Origin: an uncultured Gemmatimonadota bacterium
Lineage (GTDB): Bacteria > Blakebacterota > Blakebacteria > Blakebacterales > Blakebacteraceae
Reading direction: 5' to 3'
DNA length: 64,000 nucleotides
Assembly (NCBI GenBank): GCA_964576115.1
Contig: CAZNUA010000012.1
Location: 1-64,000, forward strand
Shown here in pieces: positions 40,024 to 49,568 of the stretch. Numbering within the stretch: the first letter of the stretch is position 1; each line of letters opens with the position of its first letter. The notes under the pieces were generated by a model. The model was not told the DNA's origin. It searched no databases and saw only the letters and a list, made by a program, of their open reading frames with translations. A program made the translations under genes and the position numbers.

Positions 40024-41784
40024 TCAGGTGCGCTTGCGGGCCAGAGCGGCGAGCAACTCCCCGGGGGGCCGGGTGTTGAGCACGTCGGCGGCTTCAAGCC
40101 AGGCCCGGCGGGCCACCCGCACCCCATAGTCCATGAAATCGAGGTGGGCGGGGCGATGGGCGTCGGTGCAGATGACGATGTCGACCCCGGCGGTCCGGGC
40201 CAGCCGGGCGTGCCGGTCGCCCAGGTCGAGCCGGCGGGGATTGGCGTTGATTTCCAGGGCGGTGCCGGTCCGGGCCGCAGTTTCGATCACCGCTTCGACA
40301 TCGAGCGGATAGGCCTCGCGCTCCCCCAGCATGCGACCGGTCAGGTGACCGACGGCGAAGACATGCTCGGACTCCATGGCCCGGCAGATGCGGGCCGTCT
40401 GTTCTCCGGCGTCGAGCCGGAAGGCGGTGTGGACCGATGCGATCACCAGGTCGAGTTCGGCCAGCAGCTCGTCGGGGTAATCGAGCGAACCGTCGCGCAG
40501 GATATCCACCTCGGTTCCGACCAGGACCTCGATGTCGTTGTAGTGCTCGTTGGCTTCCCGAACACGGTCGATCTGCCACCGCATCCGGTCGGCGTCCAGA
40601 CCGTTGGCGATGGTGAGCGAGCCGGAGTGATCGGTCACGGCCAGGTAGGCGTACCCGCGGGCCCGGCAGGCCTCGATCAGCTCTTCCAGAGTCTGGTGAC
40701 CGTCGCTGGCGTCGGTGTGGGCGTGGAGTTCACCCCGGATATCGCCCGGTTCGATCAGCTCGGGCAGGGTGTTCTGAGCCGCGGCGGCGATCTCGCCGGA
40801 GTCCTCGCGCAATTCGGGAGGGATGAAGGGCAGTCCCAGGGCGGTGTAGCACTCCGCTTCGGTCGCCGCACTCAGGCGGCGGCCGGCCCGGGGATCCTCC
40901 CGTGCCTTTTCAGAGAGACCGCCGACATCGAAGATGCCGTACTCGTTGATCTTGATGTTTCGGCGGGCCGCCATTTCGCGCAGGCGGATGTTGTGTTCCT
41001 TCGAACCGGTGAAGTGCATCAGAGCCGCTCCGAAGACCTCCGGTTCGACCACCCGCAGGTCGATCTGCATCTCATCGGGGGTTCGCAGGCTCGATTTCGT
41101 CGGCCCCTCGGCCAGAATCCGGGCCGCCCAGGGACCGGTCGTGAAAGCTTCCATCACCGTTTCGGGCGAGGTCGAACCCGCCACCAGGTCGATATCTTTG
41201 ACCGTCTCCTTCATGCGCCTGATGCTGCCGGCCAGACTGACCGATTCGACGGCGTCGTGCGCGGCCAGGGCCTCCACTACCTCTTCGGCCCGGGGCAGGG
41301 CCGATCCGAGCGGGCGGCGTTCGGCGACCCGGCGGGCGAAGGCGATCCCATCCAGGATATTCTGCGCGCTCTTCTCGCCGAAGCCCTTCAGGGCGGCCAC
41401 CTCTCCCCGGCGGCAGGCCGCCTCGAGTTCGTCGAGGCTCTCCAGACCCAGTTCGGCGCGCAGTTTCAGGGCCTTCTTCGGTCCCAGTCCGGGGATCTTC
41501 GTCATCGCGACCAGCACCGGGGGGGTCTGGAGCCGCAGCCGCTCGAGCTCGCCGATCGTGCCGGTCTCGAGATACTCCTCGATCCGGGCCGCCAGGTCGG
41601 TGCCGATGCCTTCGATATCGGTCAGGGTGCCGGCTTCGGCCCGCTCGGCTATATCCTCCTCCAGACCCTCCAGGGTCGCCGACGCGCGGCGGAAAGCCCG
41701 GATCCGGAAAGGATTTGCTTCGTTCAATTCATTGAGATCGGCGATCTCTGAAAAAAGGGCGGCTAGTTGGAGGTTGGCTGACAT
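40024..41784 (-). CDS. polX: DNA polymerase X with a PHP exonuclease domain
   Basis: NPFRIRAF, GSIRRMKETVKDID, IDLR and FTGSKEHN; PHP motifs HAHTDASDG, TDH and CTDAH; start moved to ATG 41784. Confidence 0.95.
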   Translation of the reverse strand: MSANLQLAALFSEIADLNELNEANPFRIRAFRRASATLEGLEEDIAERAEAGTLTDIEGIGTDLAARIEEYLETGTIGELERLRLQTPPVLVAMTKIPGLGPKKALKLRAELGLESLDELEAACRRGEVAALKGFGEKSAQNILDGIAFARRVAERRPLGSALPRAEEVVEALAAHDAVESVSLAGSIRRMKETVKDIDLVAGSTSPETVMEAFTTGPWAARILAEGPTKSSLRTPDEMQIDLRVVEPEVFGAALMHFTGSKEHNIRLREMAARRNIKINEYGIFDVGGLSEKAREDPRAGRRLSAATEAECYTALGLPFIPPELREDSGEIAAAAQNTLPELIEPGDIRGELHAHTDASDGHQTLEELIEACRARGYAYLAVTDHSGSLTIANGLDADRMRWQIDRVREANEHYNDIEVLVGTEVDILRDGSLDYPDELLAELDLVIASVHTAFRLDAGEQTARICRAMESEHVFAVGHLTGRMLGEREAYPLDVEAVIETAARTGTALEINANPRRLDLGDRHARLARTAGVDIVICTDAHRPAHLDFMDYGVRVARRAWLEAADVLNTRPPGELLAALARKRT

Positions 41785-41802
41785 GGCAGTAATATAGCGG
41801 GC

Positions 41803-43308
41803 ATGATGCACGTGCGCAGACCCCGATACTCCGCAGCGATGCTGTTGAGTCTGACACTGGCTGGTGCGGCCGTAACCGGTGTCCGGGGACAGACACGTTC
41901 GATCGATCGTCCCGCAACCGAACCGCAGGAAGCGGACTGGTCGGTCACCTACGTGGTCCGGCCCGCTCTGGAGAGCGGTCTGGTCGAAATGACGGCGGTC
42001 CTGGTGGGCGAGGTCGGCAGCGGCGTGGTCTGGCGGTACGCCGAGGGTGTGCAGCGCCGGGGCAATCTGACCCGTCCCGATGCCTATGACGGTTTCGGTC
42101 AGCAGCTGCGAGTCACGCTGCATCCCCGCGGCTGGATGATCACAGGCGGGTCGGGAGCGGGCATGCGGCTGGTGTGGCAGGTCTCGGCACCCGGGCCCGA
42201 ACCGGTCGGGGTGCGGGGAGTGGGTCTCGGGGCCGAAGCGATCTATGCCCAGGGGTACGAGCTCTTCCTGGCCCCCGATCCCGAGCTGACCGCTGTCGGA
42301 GCCGACGACGAGGCTGTGGGACGCGGTCCGGTTGCGATCAGGTGGGAGGTCTTCTTCGATATTCCCATATCCTGGCGGATCATCGTCCCGTGGGAGGGCG
42401 TGGGCCGTCGCTACGATCCCGTCACCGCGGGGGGGTTGTGGAACACCATCATCGCCGCCGGCGACTTCCGGCGTCAGACGATCCGGGCCGCGGGGGTGGA
42501 GGTCACGATCGGTATTCAGGGCCGGCGTCCGGCCCTTGATGCAAGTGTCGGTGACATTGTACGCCGCATCCTGCTCTTCGGGCAGAACACCTTCGGTCTG
42601 GTGCCGGGGGACCGCCTGACGGTGCTGCTCCCCACGGTCGCCCGAGGCGGGGAAGAAGTTCTTCGGCTGGGCGGAAGTGTCGCCCTGGGCTGGGAAAGCA
42701 CGGTCCGCCTGCCCGGCGACGTCGGCGCTCTGCACCAGCTGGCCCGCGAGATCTTCGGTCTCTGGCAAGGTGCCCTGAAGGGCATACCGGCCTGGTATGT
42801 CGAAGGGGGTACCGATTACCTGGCCTGGCTGGTGCTCTATCGGGAGAGCCTGATACCCCGCGCGACCTTCCGCCAGCAGTTACTGATAGCCGAGCGCCGG
42901 TACCGCGACCATCCGCAGACCGGGGAGTGGTCTTTCGCGCAGGAGGAGGCCCGCTTCGGCACGACCCTGCCCGAATGGCCCGATCTGCCGCTCAGCGCCG
43001 CCGATATGGGCAGCCTGGCTCGCAGCCGCGGGGTGATCGTCAGTCTCATCCTCGATGCGGTTCTGGCCCGGGAGACCGACGGCGAGCGGCGGCTGATCGA
43101 TCTGGCGGGGGTCGTCTATCGGCGCACCGCAGGCGTCGAAGATCACCTGGTCGGAGACGCCGCCCTGATGGCGGCGTGCGCCGAGGTGACCGGGGGGAAC
43201 TACCTCGACTCCTTCTTCCGCGATCTGGTCTTCATTCCCGGTTCACCGCTGGTGGTCGAAGCGCTGACCGAAATTCTGGCGCGGGAGAGCGGCCAGCATC
43301 CCGACTGA
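41803..43308 (+). CDS. Secreted gluzincin/M61-like protein with a degenerate zinc motif
   Basis: Signal peptide; LAREIFGLW where HExxHxW is expected; WYVEGGTDY; SRGVIVSLILD. Confidence 0.6.
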   Translation: MMHVRRPRYSAAMLLSLTLAGAAVTGVRGQTRSIDRPATEPQEADWSVTYVVRPALESGLVEMTAVLVGEVGSGVVWRYAEGVQRRGNLTRPDAYDGFGQQLRVTLHPRGWMITGGSGAGMRLVWQVSAPGPEPVGVRGVGLGAEAIYAQGYELFLAPDPELTAVGADDEAVGRGPVAIRWEVFFDIPISWRIIVPWEGVGRRYDPVTAGGLWNTIIAAGDFRRQTIRAAGVEVTIGIQGRRPALDASVGDIVRRILLFGQNTFGLVPGDRLTVLLPTVARGGEEVLRLGGSVALGWESTVRLPGDVGALHQLAREIFGLWQGALKGIPAWYVEGGTDYLAWLVLYRESLIPRATFRQQLLIAERRYRDHPQTGEWSFAQEEARFGTTLPEWPDLPLSAADMGSLARSRGVIVSLILDAVLARETDGERRLIDLAGVVYRRTAGVEDHLVGDAALMAACAEVTGGNYLDSFFRDLVFIPGSPLVVEALTEILARESGQHPD

Positions 43309-43336
43309 ACGCCTCCGATATCGGCCGGTGCAGTCC

Positions 43337-45007
43337 TCAGCTCCCTTCGTAGACAACCTTTCCATCCACGATGGTCAGAATAACCGGCGTCTTGAGCCAG
43401 TCACGCGGTTGTGAGGCGAAGAGGTCGCCGGCGAAAACGGCGATATCGGCCAGATAGCCGCGCTGCAACCGACCCTTGATATGCTCCATGCTTTCGGCCC
43501 AGGCGCTTCCGGCGGTGTAGGCTGTGATGGCTTCGGCCAGCGTGATTCTCTCTTCGCCGAACCAGCCCCCCTCCGGTCCTCCTGCGGGGAATTCCCGGGT
43601 CACGGCGGCATACAGCCCCAGGCGGGGATCGAGCGGTTCCACGAACCAGTCGGTTCCGAACGCGACCGGGATGCCGGCTTCGAAGAAACTGCCCACCCGG
43701 TACGCGATCCGGCAGCGTTCGGTCCCGATCCGCGCTTCGGCCCAGCGCATGTCGTCGATGGCGTGGCTCGGCTGGATCGAGGCGATGATGCCGAGTTCCT
43801 GAAACCGCTCCAGGTCGGAGTCGCGGAGCACCTGGGCGTGCTCGATACGGTGGCGGCGTTCGGTGCGGCGGTCGGGATTGGCGGCCCGGGCGGCGGCATA
43901 GGCATCGAGGGTGACGGCGTTGGCCCGGTCGCCGATGGCGTGGGTGGCAACCTGCAATCCCAGGGCGTCGGCGGCGGTGATCAACCGGGTCAGCTCGGCG
44001 GGCGCAATGATGGCCAGACCCGAAGTCGAAGGTTCGTCGGTGTAGGGCTCGAAGAACCAGGCACTGCCGGCTCCCATACTGCCGTCACTGAAAATCTTTA
44101 CGGTTCCGCGCTGCAGCCACTCGTCTCCCGACGGCCCGGCGATCCCTTCGGCGGCGAGAGTGTCACGCAGCGCGATCGGGTACCAGGCGTTGACCCGTAC
44201 GGTAAGCAGCCCTTCGGCCCGTAGCTGCTCGTATACCCGCCAGATCTGTCGATCGGCGTTGTCCTGGATGCTTGTCACGCCGACCTGCGAGGCATGACGC
44301 GAGGCCGCCAGCAGCCCCCGGCGGACCGTGTCGTCGCTGTTGGCCGGAATGACGTCGTACACCAGATCCTGGGCGGTATCGATCAGAATACCGGTCGGCT
44401 CCCCCGTGACCGGATCCCGGACGATCTCGCCCCCCTCGGGATCGGGAGTGTCGGCTGTGACCCCGGCCAGTTCCAGGGCCAGCGAGTTGGCCAGGCTGAT
44501 GTGGCCGTCGAGGCGGGTGACGAAAACGGGGTGATCGGGGGTGACCGGATCGATCAGCTGACGGGTCGGGTGGGCATGGTCGGGCCAGGCCTCGTGATCC
44601 CAGTTGCCGCGCAGGATCCACTCCCCTGCCTCGAGCCCGGCGGCGAAGGAGACGATCCGGTCGCGGAAGTCGTATCGGTCATGGGCCGAACGCAGCTGAA
44701 CTCCGGCCAGACCGAGTCCACCGTCGAGGAAGTGGACGTGGGCATCGTTGAATCCGGGCACGGCCAGAGCGTCCGGATAGCGCCGGATATCGGTCCCGGC
44801 TCCGGCCCGCCGCAGGATCGCAGTCGAATCGCCGAGGCTCGCGATGCGGTTGCCGCGTACGGCCAGGGCCTGGACGAACGGCCGGTCGGGATCAGCGGTG
44901 AAAATACGGCCGGCGACCAGGATCAGGTCGGCCGGGCGGCCTGTGCCACAGGCCGTCAGGACCGCTGTCAGCAGGCAGATCGCACCGCGCAGGCATAAAC
45001 GGTACAT
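43337..45007 (-). CDS. YtcJ-like amidohydrolase, lipoprotein
   Basis: Lipobox LTAC; PGFNDAHVH, KIFSDGSMG, HAIGDRA, RIEHAQ and FGTDW. Confidence 0.92.
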   Translation of the reverse strand: MYRLCLRGAICLLTAVLTACGTGRPADLILVAGRIFTADPDRPFVQALAVRGNRIASLGDSTAILRRAGAGTDIRRYPDALAVPGFNDAHVHFLDGGLGLAGVQLRSAHDRYDFRDRIVSFAAGLEAGEWILRGNWDHEAWPDHAHPTRQLIDPVTPDHPVFVTRLDGHISLANSLALELAGVTADTPDPEGGEIVRDPVTGEPTGILIDTAQDLVYDVIPANSDDTVRRGLLAASRHASQVGVTSIQDNADRQIWRVYEQLRAEGLLTVRVNAWYPIALRDTLAAEGIAGPSGDEWLQRGTVKIFSDGSMGAGSAWFFEPYTDEPSTSGLAIIAPAELTRLITAADALGLQVATHAIGDRANAVTLDAYAAARAANPDRRTERRHRIEHAQVLRDSDLERFQELGIIASIQPSHAIDDMRWAEARIGTERCRIAYRVGSFFEAGIPVAFGTDWFVEPLDPRLGLYAAVTREFPAGGPEGGWFGEERITLAEAITAYTAGSAWAESMEHIKGRLQRGYLADIAVFAGDLFASQPRDWLKTPVILTIVDGKVVYEGS

Positions 45008-45123
45008 GGATGGCTCCCGTCCTTCTCGTGAGAAAAGACTGAGGCTATACTGTCACTTTCACCCCGGCCAGGCAACCGGGACGCGGCTCAGTGGGCGGTG
45101 ATGAACGGGAGGCATGCAGCGCC

Positions 45124-45822
45124 ATGGAGAGAATGTATCGCACAGGGGGAGTGAGCCCGGGACTGCGGGCTGTGCCGGTGCTGCTGGCCCTGTTCCTGGT
45201 TTTCTCGCCGACGGCCGAAGCGCAGTACCGGGGCGGCCGCCGGCCCCCGAAACCGCCCCTGCAGCGCAAGGGCCTGCTCTACCTCGAGGCGGGCTGGTTC
45301 AGCGCCGTCCCGGGGCAGGATTTCGCCTCGCCCTCCGGAGGCGCCGCCGAGAACGGGAACGGCTTGCGGATCGGTGCCGGAAGCTGGATCGGACCGCACC
45401 TGACCGTGGGTTTCGAACTCGCTCTGTATACCGTGCAGCGTTTCTCGAACGTCGTGCCCTACGATCTGCAGACCTACGACAATATCACCGGCATGGAATT
45501 CGAGGTCGGCGGCTGGCAGCTGCAGAGCCGCTACCATCTGAACATCAGGAAGCGGATCATGCCCTATGTCGTTTTCGGGATCGGGCGGGTGAGGCCCAAT
45601 TTCATGATCCACTTCACCCACGAGGGCCGCGATCTCACCTCGGAGCGCCGGCAGACGGGGATCATCTATGCCGGCGGGGTCGGGGCCGATATTGTGCTTG
45701 GTAACCATGCCACCTTCATGCTGGAATGGCGGTGGATGAGCTGGTTCGGTGACTGGTTCATCCCCGGCGCGCGCTACTGGGAGGTCCAGCGCAGCGGCGT
45801 CGGCGTCGCCTGGCACTTCTGA
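45124..45822 (+). CDS. Small outer-membrane beta-barrel protein
   Basis: Signal peptide ending AEA; MPYVVFGIG; GVGVAWHF C-terminus; start uncertain (45124 or 45133). Confidence 0.7.
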   Translation: MERMYRTGGVSPGLRAVPVLLALFLVFSPTAEAQYRGGRRPPKPPLQRKGLLYLEAGWFSAVPGQDFASPSGGAAENGNGLRIGAGSWIGPHLTVGFELALYTVQRFSNVVPYDLQTYDNITGMEFEVGGWQLQSRYHLNIRKRIMPYVVFGIGRVRPNFMIHFTHEGRDLTSERRQTGIIYAGGVGADIVLGNHATFMLEWRWMSWFGDWFIPGARYWEVQRSGVGVAWHF

Positions 45823-45844
45823 ATCCGAACCTTCCGCGGGAACG

Positions 45845-46894
45845 ATGTTCGCTGATACCGCCACCCTGCATGTGAGCTCCGGTACCGGGGGGAGCGGTTG
45901 TGTCTCCTTCCGCCGCGAGAAGGGTGTCCCCCACGGTGGCCCCGACGGCGGAGACGGCGGCCGGGGGGGGGATGTGATCGTGGCGGTCGATCCGGCCCTG
46001 CGGACCCTGCTCGATTTCCGACGCCACCCCCACGTCCGCGCCGGCCGCGGCGCGCACGGCGAGGGTTCGAACCGAACCGGCGCCGCCGGCAAAGATGTCA
46101 CGGTCCGGGTGCCCCCGGGCACGGTCGTGATCGACGCCGGAACCGGCGAAGTTCTGGCCGACCTGGTGGATCCCGGGGCGCAGATCACGGTCGCCCGCGG
46201 CGGGCGGGGGGGGCGGGGGAACGCCCGGTTCGCGAGCAGCGTGAACCAGGCCCCCCGGCAGTGGGAACCGGGCGCCGAAGGCCGGGAGCGCACCCTGCGT
46301 TTCGAACTGCGGCTCATCGCCGATGCCGGACTCGTCGGCCACCCCAATGCCGGCAAGAGCACTCTGCTGGCGCGCCTCTCGGCGGCCCGACCGAAGATCG
46401 CCGACTATCCCTTTACGACCCTGGAACCGAACCTCGGCCTGGTCGATCTCGGCTCGTGGGAGAGTTGTGTCGTGGCCGACATCCCGGGGCTTATCGAGGG
46501 CGCCAGCACGGGGAAGGGACTGGGCACCGACTTCCTGCGGCACATCGAGCGCACCCGGGTGCTCCTCTACCTGGTGGACATCTCCGGTGACGATCCCCTG
46601 GCCGAACTCGCGATTCTGCGCGCCGAACTCCGGGCCCACTCTCCGGCCCTGCTCGAGCGGCCTTCGGCCCTGCTCCTCTCCAAGCTCGATCTGGTTCCGA
46701 CTGAGGATCGGGAGGTCTACTTCGAACTGCGCGATCTGCCCGCCGCCGCGATATCCGGCCCGGACACGAACGTCCTGCCACAGGTCGAGGGCATGCCCTG
46801 TCTTGCTTTTTCCTCCCACAGCTCGGAGGGGCTGGTTGCTCTCCGTCCCCTCCTGCTGACTCTGCTCGAAGCGGCACCGATGAGCGGTGAGTGA
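45845..46894 (+). CDS. obgE: GTPase Obg/CgtA
   Basis: FRREK...GGPDGGDGGRGG, GHPNAGKS, YPFTTL, DIPGLIEGA and HIERT. Confidence 0.96.
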   Translation: MFADTATLHVSSGTGGSGCVSFRREKGVPHGGPDGGDGGRGGDVIVAVDPALRTLLDFRRHPHVRAGRGAHGEGSNRTGAAGKDVTVRVPPGTVVIDAGTGEVLADLVDPGAQITVARGGRGGRGNARFASSVNQAPRQWEPGAEGRERTLRFELRLIADAGLVGHPNAGKSTLLARLSAARPKIADYPFTTLEPNLGLVDLGSWESCVVADIPGLIEGASTGKGLGTDFLRHIERTRVLLYLVDISGDDPLAELAILRAELRAHSPALLERPSALLLSKLDLVPTEDREVYFELRDLPAAAISGPDTNVLPQVEGMPCLAFSSHSSEGLVALRPLLLTLLEAAPMSGE

Positions 46895-47077
46895 CAGCCC
46901 CTCCGGAGTGCGCTAGACTCTGCAGGCCGTTCCCCCCCGGTGAATTTCCCCGATGAGCCCCTCCTGACATATCCCCGGCAGTATCTGCCCGGTTGCTCGT
47001 CCCCCCGACTCGTCCCCCCTGTTCGCCCTCCCGGTCTTCCCTCAGCCGGCGGGTGCGGACATCGGAGGTCACAGGTA

Positions 47078-48277
47078 ATGAAACACCGGCTCGAGGAGCG
47101 GATTCTCGAAGTTGAAGAAGCGATCGTCCTGGGTGCAGCGAGCGGTTATGCCGCCCCCCGTCTGGGGCGGGCCGCGCGTCAGTGCCGGAGTCTGGACGAC
47201 CTGCTCGGCAGGTCCGACGCCGACCTCTGCCGGCTGCCCGGCATCGGCGAAAAAACCCTCCCCCACGTGCGCCGGATCGCGGATATCGATCTCGAACGCG
47301 AGCAGGCCCGGCTGGACAGACTCGGTCTCACGGTACTGGTGCCCGGCCGGCCCGGCTGGCCGCCGCTCATGAGCGAAAACATCTCGGTTCCCCCGCTGGC
47401 CCTGTACGTGCGCGGCGATCCCGCCCCGCTGGGCGAGGCGGCCGTAGCAGTGGTCGGCACCCGGAAAGCGTCTCCGATCGGGTTGCGGGTCGGCGAGGGG
47501 CTCGGTTTCGATCTCGGCCGGATACCGCTCACCGTTGTCTCGGGACTGGCGGTCGGTATCGACGCCGCGGCTCACAGGGGCTGTCTGGCGGGAAGCGGGA
47601 GGACCGTTGCGGTCCTGGCGCACGGGCTCGATCGGGTTCATCCGGGCCAGAACCGGAAGCTCGCCGACGGGATCCTCGATGGCGGCGGCGCGTTGGTCTC
47701 GGAATATCACCCGGGAGTCAAACCGCTGGCCGAGACCTTCGTGCCCCGCAACCGCATTATCGCCGGCCTGAGTCTGGCCACGGTGGTGGTGGAGGGGAAA
47801 GAGGGCAGTGGAGCCCGGCATACGGCCAGGTTCGCCGGCGACTTCGACCGCGAGGTTCTGGCCGTTCCCGGTTCCCCTCTCGACGACCGGTCGAACCTGC
47901 CGAACGAACTCATCCGCACCGGGGCGACGCTGTGCCGCGGAGCCTACGATGTCATCAGCGTCATCGGCGACTGGGAGATCGGAAGCCTGCGCGAGGCCCT
48001 GGCGGACCGGGCCGCATTCCTGCGCCGGCAGGCGGCCGATGCCCTGCGGGGACTGGGACCCGAGGCGGATCGGATCGTCAGGATTCTGGCTGACGAACCG
48101 CTTCACATCGACGGCATCTGCCGGTTCACCGGCATCGCCGCCGAGCGGGTTCTGAACCTGCTGTTGCAGCTCGAGATCGAGGGCATCGTGGAACAGCTTC
48201 CGGGGATGCGCTACATGCCGATATACAACCCGCCCGATCCCGAACCGGAAGAGGAGACACTCCGGCGGATCACGTGA
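47078..48277 (+). CDS. dprA: DNA-processing protein DprA
   Basis: AVVGTR, VSGLAVGID, FVPRNRIIAGL and AVPG; C-terminal winged helix. Confidence 0.93.
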   Translation: MKHRLEERILEVEEAIVLGAASGYAAPRLGRAARQCRSLDDLLGRSDADLCRLPGIGEKTLPHVRRIADIDLEREQARLDRLGLTVLVPGRPGWPPLMSENISVPPLALYVRGDPAPLGEAAVAVVGTRKASPIGLRVGEGLGFDLGRIPLTVVSGLAVGIDAAAHRGCLAGSGRTVAVLAHGLDRVHPGQNRKLADGILDGGGALVSEYHPGVKPLAETFVPRNRIIAGLSLATVVVEGKEGSGARHTARFAGDFDREVLAVPGSPLDDRSNLPNELIRTGATLCRGAYDVISVIGDWEIGSLREALADRAAFLRRQAADALRGLGPEADRIVRILADEPLHIDGICRFTGIAAERVLNLLLQLEIEGIVEQLPGMRYMPIYNPPDPEPEEETLRRIT

Positions 48278-49568
48278 CGGCAGTATCCCGCAGACCGGCC
48301 GAACGGGCGTGCGCTTCGAGCCCTTCGAGACGGGCCAGACGCTCGACATCGCGCCGGAAACCGGCCGGGGGGGGTACCGGTCCGCTCCGGTACCAGGTGC
48401 GCACCCGCAGGAAGGTGAAGACCGAAAGCCCGCCGCTCCAGCGGGCGGTGCCGCCGGTGGGCAGAACATGGTTGGGACCGGCCCCGTAATCGCCGAAGAC
48501 CTCGGCCGCACCGGGGCCGATGAAAAGGGCTCCGTAGTGCCGCACCCGGCCGGCGAACCCGTCCGGATCGGCGAGATGGAGTTCGAGGTGTTCGGGAGCC
48601 AGACAGTCGCAGAGTCCGGCGGCCTGCTCCCGGTCCCCGGCTACGACGGCGAAACCGTTTCCGAGGGCGGCCCGGGCGGTCTCGCGAGCCGGCAGGTCGG
48701 CCAGCCGGCGGTGCAGCGCTCCCTCCACCGCCTCGACGAGAGAGGGCTCGAGGGCAATCAGAATCGGCCGGGCGTCGGGAGCGTGCTCGGCCTGGGCCAG
48801 CAGGTCGGCCGCGATGAGTTCGGGATCGCTGCCGGCGTCGGCGACGACGACCAGTTCCGAGGGACCGGCCAGGCTGTCGATTCCGACCCGGTCGCTGACC
48901 AGGTACTTGGCGGCGGTGACCCAGCGGTTGCCCGGGCCGACCACGACATCGCAGCGGGGTACCGCACGCGCTCCGCAGGCCAGGGCGGCGACGGCGTGGG
49001 CGCCGCCGGCGGCGAGCAGGGCCCTGGCTCCGGCAATTGCGGCCGCCGCCAGGGTGACGGCGGCGGGGCGCGGCGAGGCGACCCAGACCTCTTCGACCCC
49101 GGCCGTGCGGGCCGTGATGGCTGTCATCAGGACCGAGGAAGGCAGGGGGTAGCGGCCCCCGGGAGCGTAGCAGCCGGCCCGTTCGACCGGGACCGCTTCC
49201 TGCCCGGCGAGGCCGGCCTCGATTCCGATCTCGAATTCGGCCAGCGAGCCGCGCTGCTTCGCGGCGAAGGCGCGGATGCGGCTCGCGGTCCGTTCGAGCA
49301 CCCCCCGGTCGTCGGCATCGAGGGCAGCCAGGGCCGCTTCCAGGGCGGAGCGGTCGAAGATGAGGGGGGCGCCCGGCTCGATATCTCCGAGTCGCTCGGC
49401 GTGCGAGCGCAGGGCGGCCTCGCCTCCGCTCTCGACCTCGGCTACGATCCGGGCCGCCTCGGGCACGATCGAGCGATCGAGAGCCGTGCCGGCGTGCGAA
49501 CCGGTACCGTGTGAGGGCAACAGGGCGACCTCGGCCGGCGTGAGCCGGGGCAGCAGGGGAGCGTTCAT
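48270..49568 (-). CDS. hisD: Histidinol dehydrogenase
   Basis: YAPGG, VGPGN, AGPSE, DLLAQAEH, APEHL, DYGAGPNHVLPT and EGLEAH. Confidence 0.95.
   Translation of the reverse strand: MNAPLLPRLTPAEVALLPSHGTGSHAGTALDRSIVPEAARIVAEVESGGEAALRSHAERLGDIEPGAPLIFDRSALEAALAALDADDRGVLERTASRIRAFAAKQRGSLAEFEIGIEAGLAGQEAVPVERAGCYAPGGRYPLPSSVLMTAITARTAGVEEVWVASPRPAAVTLAAAAIAGARALLAAGGAHAVAALACGARAVPRCDVVVGPGNRWVTAAKYLVSDRVGIDSLAGPSELVVVADAGSDPELIAADLLAQAEHAPDARPILIALEPSLVEAVEGALHRRLADLPARETARAALGNGFAVVAGDREQAAGLCDCLAPEHLELHLADPDGFAGRVRHYGALFIGPGAAEVFGDYGAGPNHVLPTGGTARWSGGLSVFTFLRVRTWYRSGPVPPPAGFRRDVERLARLEGLEAHARSAGLRDTAVT

Noticed and set aside
41785-42768. Apparent long N-terminal extensions of PolX (914 aa), LipA (624 aa), HisD and HisH in the ORF track
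   Set aside because: The extensions overlap neighbouring genes; family homology begins at downstream start codons.
48270-48277. Tail-to-tail overlap of dprA and hisD
   Set aside because: An 8-bp convergent overlap is common in compact genomes and implies no functional link.
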